A stretch of DNA of 64,000 nt, taken from the IMG/VR virus record IMGVR_UViG_3300028626_000002, positions 1-64,000 of that record; one strand, written 5' to 3'. This document shows positions 29,885 to 37,928 of the stretch, one piece after another; position 1 is the first letter of the stretch, and each line of letters opens with the position of its first letter. Under the pieces are notes generated by a model. It saw nothing but the letters and a program-made list of their open reading frames with translations. It did no database searches and was not told the DNA's origin. Source of the DNA: a virus (taxonomy: Duplodnaviria; Caudoviricetes). The position numbers and the translations under genes are program-made.

Positions 29885-31852
29885 ATGGGCATTTCGTACA
29901 TTCGCCCTTCGGGTCCACCGGGTCCCGGGGTCTATTCGACCTGGTCCGCCTGGGCCGCAGACGGCGCGCGCGCGCCGGGCGACGTGGGCATCCAGGACGA
30001 GGCCAGCATCCAGACAGATGCAATCGTGCTGCCAGCGCTGGCCGGGCTCGAGATGCTGTTCGTGGCGGACGTCACGATCCAGCACGCGACCATGTCGCCG
30101 CTCGTGGTCCCGACTGGCTGCACCGGCTTGGTCATTGCGGCTGACGCCGGGCACCTGCTCACGCTGTCGCAAACGGGCGGCGGGGTTGTCCCGGCGATGA
30201 CGTACGGCACTGGATCCGGATTCTCCGCGACACGCATCCGCTGCGAGGGGACGAGCACAGCCGTGCAGGGGCCCGCGGTGTCGACCGGGGCGGTGCGCTG
30301 CTCTCACGTCGTGGCGGTTGCGACCGGGACGGCCTGGTCCTGCGCGAGGATGGAGGACGTCGTATTCGAGGACGTCACGCTCCGCGGCGACGGCGTCGCC
30401 CTGCGCTGCAACACCTGGGCGGGGCGTATGGAGCGGGTCGTCCTGCGCGGCGCATACCCGTGGGCACCATGCGCATATCAGTGCGGGTGGTGCGGTGATG
30501 CCGAGATGCGCTCGGTGGACCTTCGCTGCACTGACATCGGCGGCGGGATCTGTGCGTGGAACGTGGACCGGTCCACGATTGCAGTCGGAACGACCGTCAG
30601 AATTGCGAACGTCAACCTAATCGGCGCCACGGCACAGACACTCGCATCTGACTACGGCCTCTATCTCGACAGCACACCTGGCGGGACACTCGTCGTGCGC
30701 AACCTTCAGGTCAAGGGGTTCAAGTACCCCTGGCGCACGCTGTGGTCCGGGGACGGCCACGACTACTGCAACGTGCCTGGCGTGCCGCTGAACGGGGTGG
30801 CGCCGGCGGACGACGTCTACGTGAACAAGGCGTGGTCGGTAGGGGCGCATGATCTCGTCCCCGGCGTCGACCCCTTGTTCGTAGACGAGGGGGCCGAGGA
30901 CTACCGCCTCTCTGCCGCCTCCCAGTGCCTCGGCGCGGGCTTCGACACGGGAGTCGCCCGGGACGTCTACGGAACACCGCTGGCGGCCCCATACCCGATT
31001 GGAGCGTACGCGCAGGCCGCGGTTCCCCCCAAGGTGTTGGCCGCGGCCACCCCCATCAGCTCCAACCTCACGCTCGTCGAGTTCGACCTGCCCATGCTGG
31101 AGGACGCGGCGTTCACCTCTCCGACCAGCTACTCCGGCGGGGTGCTCACCCCTGTCGGGTCGGGGGCGGCCGCGGCGGTGACGTCCGTCCTTCCGCAGTA
31201 CACGGGGCCGGACCTGCTCGGGGCGCTCCTTCTGCACGAAGAGACCACGGGGGGAGCGGACTACACCTGCACGGTCAGCGGGGTGCAGTCCGCCCTGGGC
31301 GCGCCGGTGGACCCCGGCGCCGACACCGCTGCCTGGGTCGGGCTCGGCACTCTGCCGACGGTCGTGAGCTGCATGCAGGACGCCGAGGACGCGGTCCTGG
31401 TGACGTACAGCGAGCCCATGGGGGACGTCGGGAGCCCGGCCGACTACCGGATCACCTGGGATGTGCCCGGGGCCGACGTGACCATCCTGGCCGTGACGCA
31501 GCCCTCCCCGGACTCGGCACGCCTTCAGGTGAGCCCGTCCTTGTTCCCGGGCATTAACTACACCGTGTACGTGGTGGGCTCGTCCGTGGTGGACGTTGCG
31601 GAGAACCCGGTCGACCCCGGCGCCTCGTCGGCGACGTTCCTCTCCTCCGGCCCGTGTGCACGGCTGCGGGGGCACTACATGACGCGGGCGTCTGCCGTGC
31701 AGCTGAGCACCGTGTCCGCCCGCACCGCCTTTGCCGACAGCGGGGAGTTGCTGGTGGAGGTGCCCAGCCCCTTCCCTCCCGCGGGGGACGTTGACGTGAC
31801 GAACCCGGACGGGCAGACTGGGACCTTGACGGACGGCTGGCCTCCCCCGTAG
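29885..31852 (+). CDS. Tailspike-like protein: right-handed beta-helix plus Ig-like domains
   Basis: DPLFVD..AEDYRL...SQCLGAG...D..G...PIGAY (typical end of a beta-helix domain); repeated V.F/YSEPM..YR Ig-like modules; C-terminal DV.VTNPDGQ (IPT-like). Confidence 0.7.
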   Translation: MGISYIRPSGPPGPGVYSTWSAWAADGARAPGDVGIQDEASIQTDAIVLPALAGLEMLFVADVTIQHATMSPLVVPTGCTGLVIAADAGHLLTLSQTGGGVVPAMTYGTGSGFSATRIRCEGTSTAVQGPAVSTGAVRCSHVVAVATGTAWSCARMEDVVFEDVTLRGDGVALRCNTWAGRMERVVLRGAYPWAPCAYQCGWCGDAEMRSVDLRCTDIGGGICAWNVDRSTIAVGTTVRIANVNLIGATAQTLASDYGLYLDSTPGGTLVVRNLQVKGFKYPWRTLWSGDGHDYCNVPGVPLNGVAPADDVYVNKAWSVGAHDLVPGVDPLFVDEGAEDYRLSAASQCLGAGFDTGVARDVYGTPLAAPYPIGAYAQAAVPPKVLAAATPISSNLTLVEFDLPMLEDAAFTSPTSYSGGVLTPVGSGAAAAVTSVLPQYTGPDLLGALLLHEETTGGADYTCTVSGVQSALGAPVDPGADTAAWVGLGTLPTVVSCMQDAEDAVLVTYSEPMGDVGSPADYRITWDVPGADVTILAVTQPSPDSARLQVSPSLFPGINYTVYVVGSSVVDVAENPVDPGASSATFLSSGPCARLRGHYMTRASAVQLSTVSARTAFADSGELLVEVPSPFPPAGDVDVTNPDGQTGTLTDGWPPP

Positions 31853-31901
31853 TTTTACGGGGAAATCGCCGTCGTGGTAAGATTCTGCGAGGAGGTGCTG
31901 G

Positions 31902-32660
31902 ATGTTCCTGCGGAGCCATTTCGAGTGCCAGTCGGACATCACGCTGCGGACGCGTGACCGGGACGGGCGGGTTGTCCAGGAAGTCCGCAGCTCGAACATC
32001 ATCATCAACACCGGCCGGAAGTACTTGCGGGACGTCGTGAGCGCCAAGTCCTACGGTAGCTCGTCCCTGGCCGCGCCGCCCGTGGTGCCCACGTACACGG
32101 ACATCGTGCCCTGGACCTACCACCGCACGCGCTTCGTGGCCCTGGGCACCGGCGGCATCCTCCAGACGGCCAGCTACCCCGGCGTCGGTACGTACGTCGA
32201 GCAGGTGTCCACCCGCGGTCTGGAGCGCCCCGTGCCGGTCACGTACCGGCCGACCGGCCTGCCCGGGCATCCGGAGTGTCAGTGGCAGTGGGTGAAGCAG
32301 GTCGAGCCGCAGGACGGCGCGGAGGAACTGCCCGACGACTTCTCGGCGGTCTACCGGGCGATCTTCGGCTACAACGAAGTGTCCTTCGCCTCGCAGATCG
32401 GGGAGTTCAACAACGTCATCCCCATCGCCGAGGTCCTGCTAATGACGTCGGCCGCGGAGGCGTACGTCACCGCTCCCACGTCGGCGGCGCAGTACCAGCT
32501 GGCGATGCGGGACGGTTCGACGTACCCGTGGCCCGACCTGAGCGGGTTCTTCCCCGGGTGCAACGGTGACGTGCCGGGGGCCATGGCGTACAACCTGACG
32601 ACGCCCATCTTCAAGACGCCGAACGTCACCCTGGAGATCCTCTGGGAGCTGAGGAGTTAG
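31902..32660 (+). CDS. Baseplate/tail-fibre attachment protein
   Basis: NIIINTGR.YL, ALGTGG, I.E..L and IFKT....LEI.WEL pattern of tail collar/gp8-like proteins; GGAGG RBS. Confidence 0.65.
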   Translation: MFLRSHFECQSDITLRTRDRDGRVVQEVRSSNIIINTGRKYLRDVVSAKSYGSSSLAAPPVVPTYTDIVPWTYHRTRFVALGTGGILQTASYPGVGTYVEQVSTRGLERPVPVTYRPTGLPGHPECQWQWVKQVEPQDGAEELPDDFSAVYRAIFGYNEVSFASQIGEFNNVIPIAEVLLMTSAAEAYVTAPTSAAQYQLAMRDGSTYPWPDLSGFFPGCNGDVPGAMAYNLTTPIFKTPNVTLEILWELRS

Positions 32661-32663
32661 CAC

Positions 32664-35600
32664 ATGTCGAACGACACGAAGTTCCGCCAGCTTGGCGAGC
32701 TGATCGGCCGCTGCAACTACGAGGAGGGCGAGTCCCCCCAGAACAAGTTCGACAACGGCGACGACCCGCAGCCGCAGCCCGACGGCACGCGATTCATCTC
32801 GTTCGGTGAGGACGTTCTCTCGGCCTCGGCCAACCGCGGCCTCGTGGCCCTGGCCGCCAACACCGACCTGCTGCACGTCCTGGGCAAGCAGTACTCGCCG
32901 AAGATCGTGCAGGTCGCGGCGCTGTACGACGCGGCATGGGCCGGCCAGACGAAGTTCAACGTGGCCACCCTCGTCGCCCGCGTCTGGCCCAAGAAGGTCA
33001 CCGGCAACGCCGACTCCGCCGCGAACACGTCCATCACCGACGCCGACGTCGACTTCATCGACCTGGGGGTGATGAACGGCGACCGCGTCATCTTCGACCC
33101 CGAGACCGCGAACGAGGAGATCGTGACGGTCACGGGCGTGGCCCAGCACGTGCTGACCACCACGCTGATCGCGAACGCCGCGCACAAGGGCACGCCGCCG
33201 GCGAGCCCCGGGTACGCCGTGCTCACGCTGCCGTGGGTGCACCTCGACGACGGCTCCGACAACTCCGGGACCGTCCCGTTCGAGCACAACCTGACGCTGC
33301 GAGACTCCTCCGGCCGGCTGCTGGTCGAGTCGTCGAGCGGCGATCTCCTCCAGTTCAACGGCTACCTGATCGACGGGCTGGTCGGCGCCACGTCGAGCGA
33401 CGTGCTGCTCACCGGCACCATCAAGGACGACGGCATCCACCGGCACTACGTGGAGATCGAGTCGGGCGACTTCAACTCGCGGAACATCCAGCCGGGGTGC
33501 TGGGTGGAGCTGACGAACGTCAAGCCGTCCCCCGACTGGGACCACCTGAACGGCTTCTACCCCGCCCTCCGGGCGGACGGCGCCAAGGTGTACCTGGGCC
33601 CGCGGATCGGCGCCACGCTCCCGACCGAGTCCATGCTGCAGGAGTACGTGCGGCTCTACGGGGATCTCGAGACCCCCGCACCTCTCATCTCCTACCCGGC
33701 GGAGGAGCCGCCGACGATGCTCCCCGGCGACGTCCGCGGCACCGTCAACGTCTACCCGGGGTGGTTCTACCCTCTCGGCAACGACCAGTTCGACCTCTGG
33801 GCGTCGATGAGCAGGGCCATCCCGTCGGACACGGAGTGCCCGCAGTTCGGCGACGGCCTGCAGCTGTTCCTGACCGCCATGTGCCCCGCGGCCATGCCCC
33901 GTTCCAGCGGGGAGGTCGCGTTCGAGGACCTGCAGAACCTCCGCGGGCAGTGGGAGGTCAACCTCAACCTCCAGTCCGCGTACAACGGCCTCCGAGAGGC
34001 CAATGACCTTCGCTCCAGCGGCCGCGTCATCGACGCGAGCGACTACGGCCCGGTGGAGATCACGGGAGACCCGGAGAGGTCTGCCACCACGGAGTCGCAG
34101 TACCCGACGCTGTTCCTCGTGAACAACCAGGCGTCCACCAGCGGGTACACCGCTCTCCTGGTCGACGATGCTTCGCTGGGCGATGGGTCGTCGACCTCCC
34201 GGGCGATGGCCGCGCTGCGCCTGTTCGCGATGGGAAGCTACTCGGCCGTCGGGGACCTCATCACGCTCGCGGACACCACCCAGCTGTTCACATACGCTCG
34301 CGGAGTCATCGGGGGGGACACGTCGGGCCCGGCTACCCTGGTCACCCTGGCGTCCTCCGGCGGCGCCCTGGTCGGGACGTACCTCGTGCACCAGCGTACC
34401 GCCGCGGGGGCTGCCAGCACTCTCGCCCTGCGTGGCCTGGACGGGTCGACTCCTGTGCTGGCCGCCGACACCTACACGGTGAAGGGGTTCGAGCCCATCT
34501 TCGAGATCGGGCCGATGAGTAAGAACAGCGTGGCTCTCCCGAACGGGCACGTCGTCGCGGTGGTCGAGCCGGCTGACGCCCGGTGGAGGAGCGCCAAGAC
34601 GGCCACCACTCTCCTGCACGCCCAGCACTGCCGGGGGCGGTGGGACGGGGCGAACGACGGTGACGCGGCCGCGGTGGCGTCCCTGCGTGTGGAGGCGTCG
34701 GGTGCGTTCGGCCCCGGAAGCATGTACCTCGAGGGCGTCGAGGTGTATCCCCAGCGGTTCCAGGTGCGGCAGAACCTGTCCAAGTCCAAGATCGCCGCCG
34801 ACGACGCTGACCGGTACGCGACCGTGTCGTTCATCAACGACGCGGCGTACACCTCCCCGTACCCGGACGACACCCCGAACCGGGGGGTCATCGAGCTGGC
34901 CGCCGGGGAGGACCTTCGGATGCACGTGGGGGACGGGTTCATCCGCGCACAGGCCTCCGAGGGGCTTCTTCTCGCCGGCTTGACGCCGACGGAGGCGACG
35001 TCGGTTCGCGTGCACAGGGGGCTCGCCCAGCACGGTCTCGCGGTGGGTGCGGGGTACTTCGCCATGCAGCTGGCGCTGGGGCGCATCGGGGATGCGGACG
35101 TCCCGCTTGCTGCCTCCTTCGGTACGGGTGTGGCGCAGCAGACGACCGGTGTGTACGGAGGCACCAGCGCGACTCCCCCTGGGGGCATGACCGCCGGATG
35201 CCTGGACATCCCGTCGGCGTCTGCGGTGCAGTTCGTCGTGTGGTCCCCCCTGATTTCGCTTTTTCGTCGACCGGCGCTGCCGCAGATCACGCTCTACTCG
35301 GGGGCCGCGGGCATCCTGCTGTCGCTGGTGGGCATCGACTACCCTGACCCTGCGACGGACGGGGTGTACTCCGCGATCCCGCCGACGGGCGTGGACGAGT
35401 TCTTCTTGACCGGCCTCACGGTGAACAACACCGACGACGGGTGCCTGTACTACGAGGTGCTCGACACGGGCGGCGGCGGTCGCACCATCAACCTGTACAG
35501 CGACAGGGGCAAGACGGCGCTGGTCGCGCACCTCTCGGTAGTGAACACCCCCGCCGCGGGTGACCTGCCTCTGGTGGAGGACAACGGCAGCGGGGTGGGG

Positions 35601-35789
35601 GGCACGTTGCACTTCGACGGCACGGACGTGGATGCGGAGACGTTCGACCCGGACGTGCGGTTCTTCTCGATGAACTACTTCACGGTGACCGTGTACAACC
35701 ACGACGCGGGAACGGCCGCGCAGGACTGGTACGCTTCGGTGTACCTCCCCGCGGTGCGCGACATGGTGGGGCTGCCGCCCGCAACGTAG
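32664..35789 (+). CDS. Tail fibre/receptor-binding protein (1041 aa)
   Basis: GE.V....ANR....LA.NTD N-terminus and LQSAYNG motif; last large gene of the tail block. Confidence 0.62.
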   Translation: MSNDTKFRQLGELIGRCNYEEGESPQNKFDNGDDPQPQPDGTRFISFGEDVLSASANRGLVALAANTDLLHVLGKQYSPKIVQVAALYDAAWAGQTKFNVATLVARVWPKKVTGNADSAANTSITDADVDFIDLGVMNGDRVIFDPETANEEIVTVTGVAQHVLTTTLIANAAHKGTPPASPGYAVLTLPWVHLDDGSDNSGTVPFEHNLTLRDSSGRLLVESSSGDLLQFNGYLIDGLVGATSSDVLLTGTIKDDGIHRHYVEIESGDFNSRNIQPGCWVELTNVKPSPDWDHLNGFYPALRADGAKVYLGPRIGATLPTESMLQEYVRLYGDLETPAPLISYPAEEPPTMLPGDVRGTVNVYPGWFYPLGNDQFDLWASMSRAIPSDTECPQFGDGLQLFLTAMCPAAMPRSSGEVAFEDLQNLRGQWEVNLNLQSAYNGLREANDLRSSGRVIDASDYGPVEITGDPERSATTESQYPTLFLVNNQASTSGYTALLVDDASLGDGSSTSRAMAALRLFAMGSYSAVGDLITLADTTQLFTYARGVIGGDTSGPATLVTLASSGGALVGTYLVHQRTAAGAASTLALRGLDGSTPVLAADTYTVKGFEPIFEIGPMSKNSVALPNGHVVAVVEPADARWRSAKTATTLLHAQHCRGRWDGANDGDAAAVASLRVEASGAFGPGSMYLEGVEVYPQRFQVRQNLSKSKIAADDADRYATVSFINDAAYTSPYPDDTPNRGVIELAAGEDLRMHVGDGFIRAQASEGLLLAGLTPTEATSVRVHRGLAQHGLAVGAGYFAMQLALGRIGDADVPLAASFGTGVAQQTTGVYGGTSATPPGGMTAGCLDIPSASAVQFVVWSPLISLFRRPALPQITLYSGAAGILLSLVGIDYPDPATDGVYSAIPPTGVDEFFLTGLTVNNTDDGCLYYEVLDTGGGGRTINLYSDRGKTALVAHLSVVNTPAAGDLPLVEDNGSGVGGTLHFDGTDVDAETFDPDVRFFSMNYFTVTVYNHDAGTAAQDWYASVYLPAVRDMVGLPPAT

Positions 35790-35798
35790 GAGGGTCTC

Positions 35799-36224
35799 AT
35801 GCACTACTTCCTGCTGCCCCTGCTGGCCCTGGCCGCTTGCGGTGAGGTGCCGGAGGGCATCGCCGTCGACCCGGGCATCATCGGCGGGGTGCCCGACGGG
35901 GTGACGCTGACCGGCGCCGCAGGTGTCTTCATGGTCTTCGTCACCGGCGTCCTGAAGCTGCTGGCCGGCCTGACCAAGGTGGCCCCCCTGATGGCCAAGG
36001 TCTGGTTCCGTGCCCTGGTGCCAGCGGCCACGTTGCTGCTGTCGGCGGCGGTGTGGATCATGCTGGCCGCGCTGGGGCAGGTCACCTGGACCGCGGCCAT
36101 CAACTCCTTGCTGGCCATGGGGGCGGGCGCCGTCACCTGGTGGGAGCTGGTGGGGCAGTACATCTTCCTGAAGCCGAAGGCGCGCGCCCCGGCCCCGCCC
36201 GCACCGACCAACCCTCCCGGTTGA
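35799..36224 (+). CDS. Holin-like multi-TM membrane protein with N-terminal lipobox-like sequence
   Basis: Three hydrophobic segments after MHYFLLPLLALAAC; GGAGG RBS; follows the tail genes. Confidence 0.55.
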   Translation: MHYFLLPLLALAACGEVPEGIAVDPGIIGGVPDGVTLTGAAGVFMVFVTGVLKLLAGLTKVAPLMAKVWFRALVPAATLLLSAAVWIMLAALGQVTWTAAINSLLAMGAGAVTWWELVGQYIFLKPKARAPAPPAPTNPPG

Positions 36225-36303
36225 TGATATAATCCCTCTGCTAGAGCGGCCCTCGTGGCCGTTGACGGGTCACTTCGACCACGTCTTCAACAGGAGGAAC
36301 GAG

Positions 36304-36714
36304 ATGCGTACGACCCTGTGGATCCTGGTGGCGGCCATGGCCGCGGTGTTCGCAGCCTGCGACGGCTGCAAGATGACCCCGGAGGAGCAGCAGGCGGCCA
36401 TCGCCGACGGCATCCTCTGCGGGACGACCGTCACGACGTCCATCACGCAGTGCGTGGTGGCCTGCAAGCCCGACCCGAAGACCACGCTGTGCAAGGACAC
36501 CTGCGTGAAGGCCTTCCTGGCCAACACGGGCGCCGCGAAGGTCTGCACGGATGGTCTGGGAGCGGACTTCCTCAAGAACCCGAAGATCGTGACGGCCATC
36601 AACAAGGGCTACGAGCTGGGCCTGGCGATCTACGAGGCCACCAAGCCGGTCGTCCCGCAGCCCCCGCCGCCCGCCCCGGATGTTCCGCCGCCGGCCCCCA
36701 CCCCCGACCCGTGA
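36304..36714 (+). CDS. Cys-rich lipoprotein
   Basis: Signal MRTTLWILVAAMAAVFAA-C; further Cys residues; Pro-rich tail; AGGAGG RBS; upstream TGATATAAT. Confidence 0.75.
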   Translation: MRTTLWILVAAMAAVFAACDGCKMTPEEQQAAIADGILCGTTVTTSITQCVVACKPDPKTTLCKDTCVKAFLANTGAAKVCTDGLGADFLKNPKIVTAINKGYELGLAIYEATKPVVPQPPPPAPDVPPPAPTPDP

Positions 36715-36721
36715 GGCCGGC

Positions 36722-37039
36722 ATGGACGGGAACACCACCGCGATCATCATCATTCTGGCCGTCCTGATCGCAGCCTTGCTGGCCAGCACCATCACCTTCA
36801 TCGTCTTCTACGTGAAGCAGATCGGGAAGACGGACAAGGTCCAGGCGCTGTACAACGAGACCTGCGACAGGCTGGGGGCCGCCACGAGGGAGGCGGAGAG
36901 CCTCAAGGTACAGCTGGCGGCCAAGGAGAAGGCGCTCGAGGCGGCGAAGAAGACTGCCGAGGAGCTGATCCATGACGCGACCACTGCTCACCCTCCTGGT
37001 GGCCCTCTGGCTGGTCCTCCCGAGCCCGACCCGGGCTGA
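36722..37039 (+). CDS. i-spanin-like protein (N-terminal TM plus coiled coil)
   Basis: AIIIILAVLIAALLASTITFIVFYV followed by heptad coiled coil. Confidence 0.55.
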   Translation: MDGNTTAIIIILAVLIAALLASTITFIVFYVKQIGKTDKVQALYNETCDRLGAATREAESLKVQLAAKEKALEAAKKTAEELIHDATTAHPPGGPLAGPPEPDPG

Positions 37040-37430
37040 CCCGCCGCCGGCCCCGGAGAACTACCTGTCCATGTCCACGGGGTGCACGTACACCTGCCAG
37101 GGGCAGAAGCGCACCATCCTGCAGGACGTCATCTGCGTCACCCCCGACCAGCTGGCGGCCATCCAGCGGGACCTGGAGGTGTGCCAGGCGGAGAACACGT
37201 CCTACTCCTCCAGCGCCACGCTGGCTGCTCAGAAGCTGGCGGACGCGTCCATCGAGATCCAGGAGCTCGAGGCCCTCGTTGCGGACCTCGAGGAGCGGCT
37301 GGCCGACCAGGCCAAGACCATCGCGGAGCTGCGCAGCAAGCTCTGGGTGGTGGGTCTGGCCTCTGGCCTCGCTGGCGGGGTACTCGGTGGAACCGCTACC
37401 GGCCTCATCATGCACTACGGCACCCGCTGA
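36972..37430 (+). CDS. Secreted coiled-coil protein with C-terminal TM (spanin-like)
   Basis: Signal peptide, Cys cluster, coiled coil, Gly-rich hydrophobic C-terminus; overlaps the previous gene by 68 nt; GGAG RBS. Confidence 0.55.
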   Translation: MTRPLLTLLVALWLVLPSPTRADPPPAPENYLSMSTGCTYTCQGQKRTILQDVICVTPDQLAAIQRDLEVCQAENTSYSSSATLAAQKLADASIEIQELEALVADLEERLADQAKTIAELRSKLWVVGLASGLAGGVLGGTATGLIMHYGTR

Positions 37431-37535
37431 CAACTTCCAAGCGATTGATGTCATAAGAGAATTGGACGAATCAGTCATCGTCCTGCTTGCGGTTGTCCTG
37501 GCAGTGGTTCCTGGCACCCGGTACGGAGGTCCCTC

Positions 37536-37604
37536 ATGAAGCGGCTGTGGTCCATCGCATCGAGCGACGACCTGGTCGACGACATCCTCGACATCCTGGA
37601 CTGA
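37536..37604 (+). CDS. Putative 22-aa peptide MKRLWSIASSDDLVDDILDILD
   Basis: GGAGGT RBS 5 nt upstream; typical codon usage; below the ORF-track cutoff. Confidence 0.4.
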   Translation: MKRLWSIASSDDLVDDILDILD

Positions 37605-37635
37605 CGGGGGTCGAGGGCATCAGCGTGTAGTCCGG

Positions 37636-37663
37636 CGGGCCCCCGGGGAAACTCGGGGGCCCG
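37636..37663 (+). terminator. GC-rich hairpin with GAAA tetraloop
   Basis: CGGGCCCCCG-GG-GAAA-CT-CGGGGGCCCG; no U-tract. Confidence 0.45.
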
Positions 37664-37714
37664 TCATCCCGCGGCCGGCGGTCCCGGCCCATCGTCAACG
37701 CCACAGGAGGAAAG

Positions 37715-37879
37715 ATGTGGTGGAAGTCTGTTGTCTGGCCGGTGGTGAAGACCCTCGGAGCGGTCTTCCTTGTCAGCGGAACGGTCGGCACGGTGGCATA
37801 CCTGGTGAGAACCTGCAGCACGGACCCCAACGTCCTGCAGAGCATCCAGGGGCTGCTGAGCCTGCGTCTCGATGACTGA
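37715..37879 (+). CDS. Small single-TM membrane protein (54 aa)
   Basis: AGGAGG RBS; MWWKSVVWPVVKTLGAVFLVSGTVGTVAYLVRTC... Confidence 0.6.
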   Translation: MWWKSVVWPVVKTLGAVFLVSGTVGTVAYLVRTCSTDPNVLQSIQGLLSLRLDD

Positions 37880-37928
37880 CGGCCAATGGGACCCGGACTG
37901 TCGCCGGGAGCCCCAACACGGGCTTCAT

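Noticed and set aside
23899-29901. 2000-aa minus-strand ORF and similar long ORFs (84..2324, 4085..6418, 12236..15307, 21336..24290, 32439..35804, 37872..40073, 50967..53030, 61855..63636)
   Set aside because: In-register antisense shadows of real high-GC3 genes; Arg/Gly/His/Val-rich with no motifs or RBS.
4118-35789. Bacterial extracellular contractile injection system or tailocin
   Set aside because: Portal, replication, recombination and sigma genes in the same continuous block indicate a complete phage.
37431-37535. AT-richer intergenic stretch as tRNA or riboswitch
   Set aside because: No cloverleaf or TTCGA arm and no recognisable aptamer; only a weak GATTGAT/ATCAGTC pairing.
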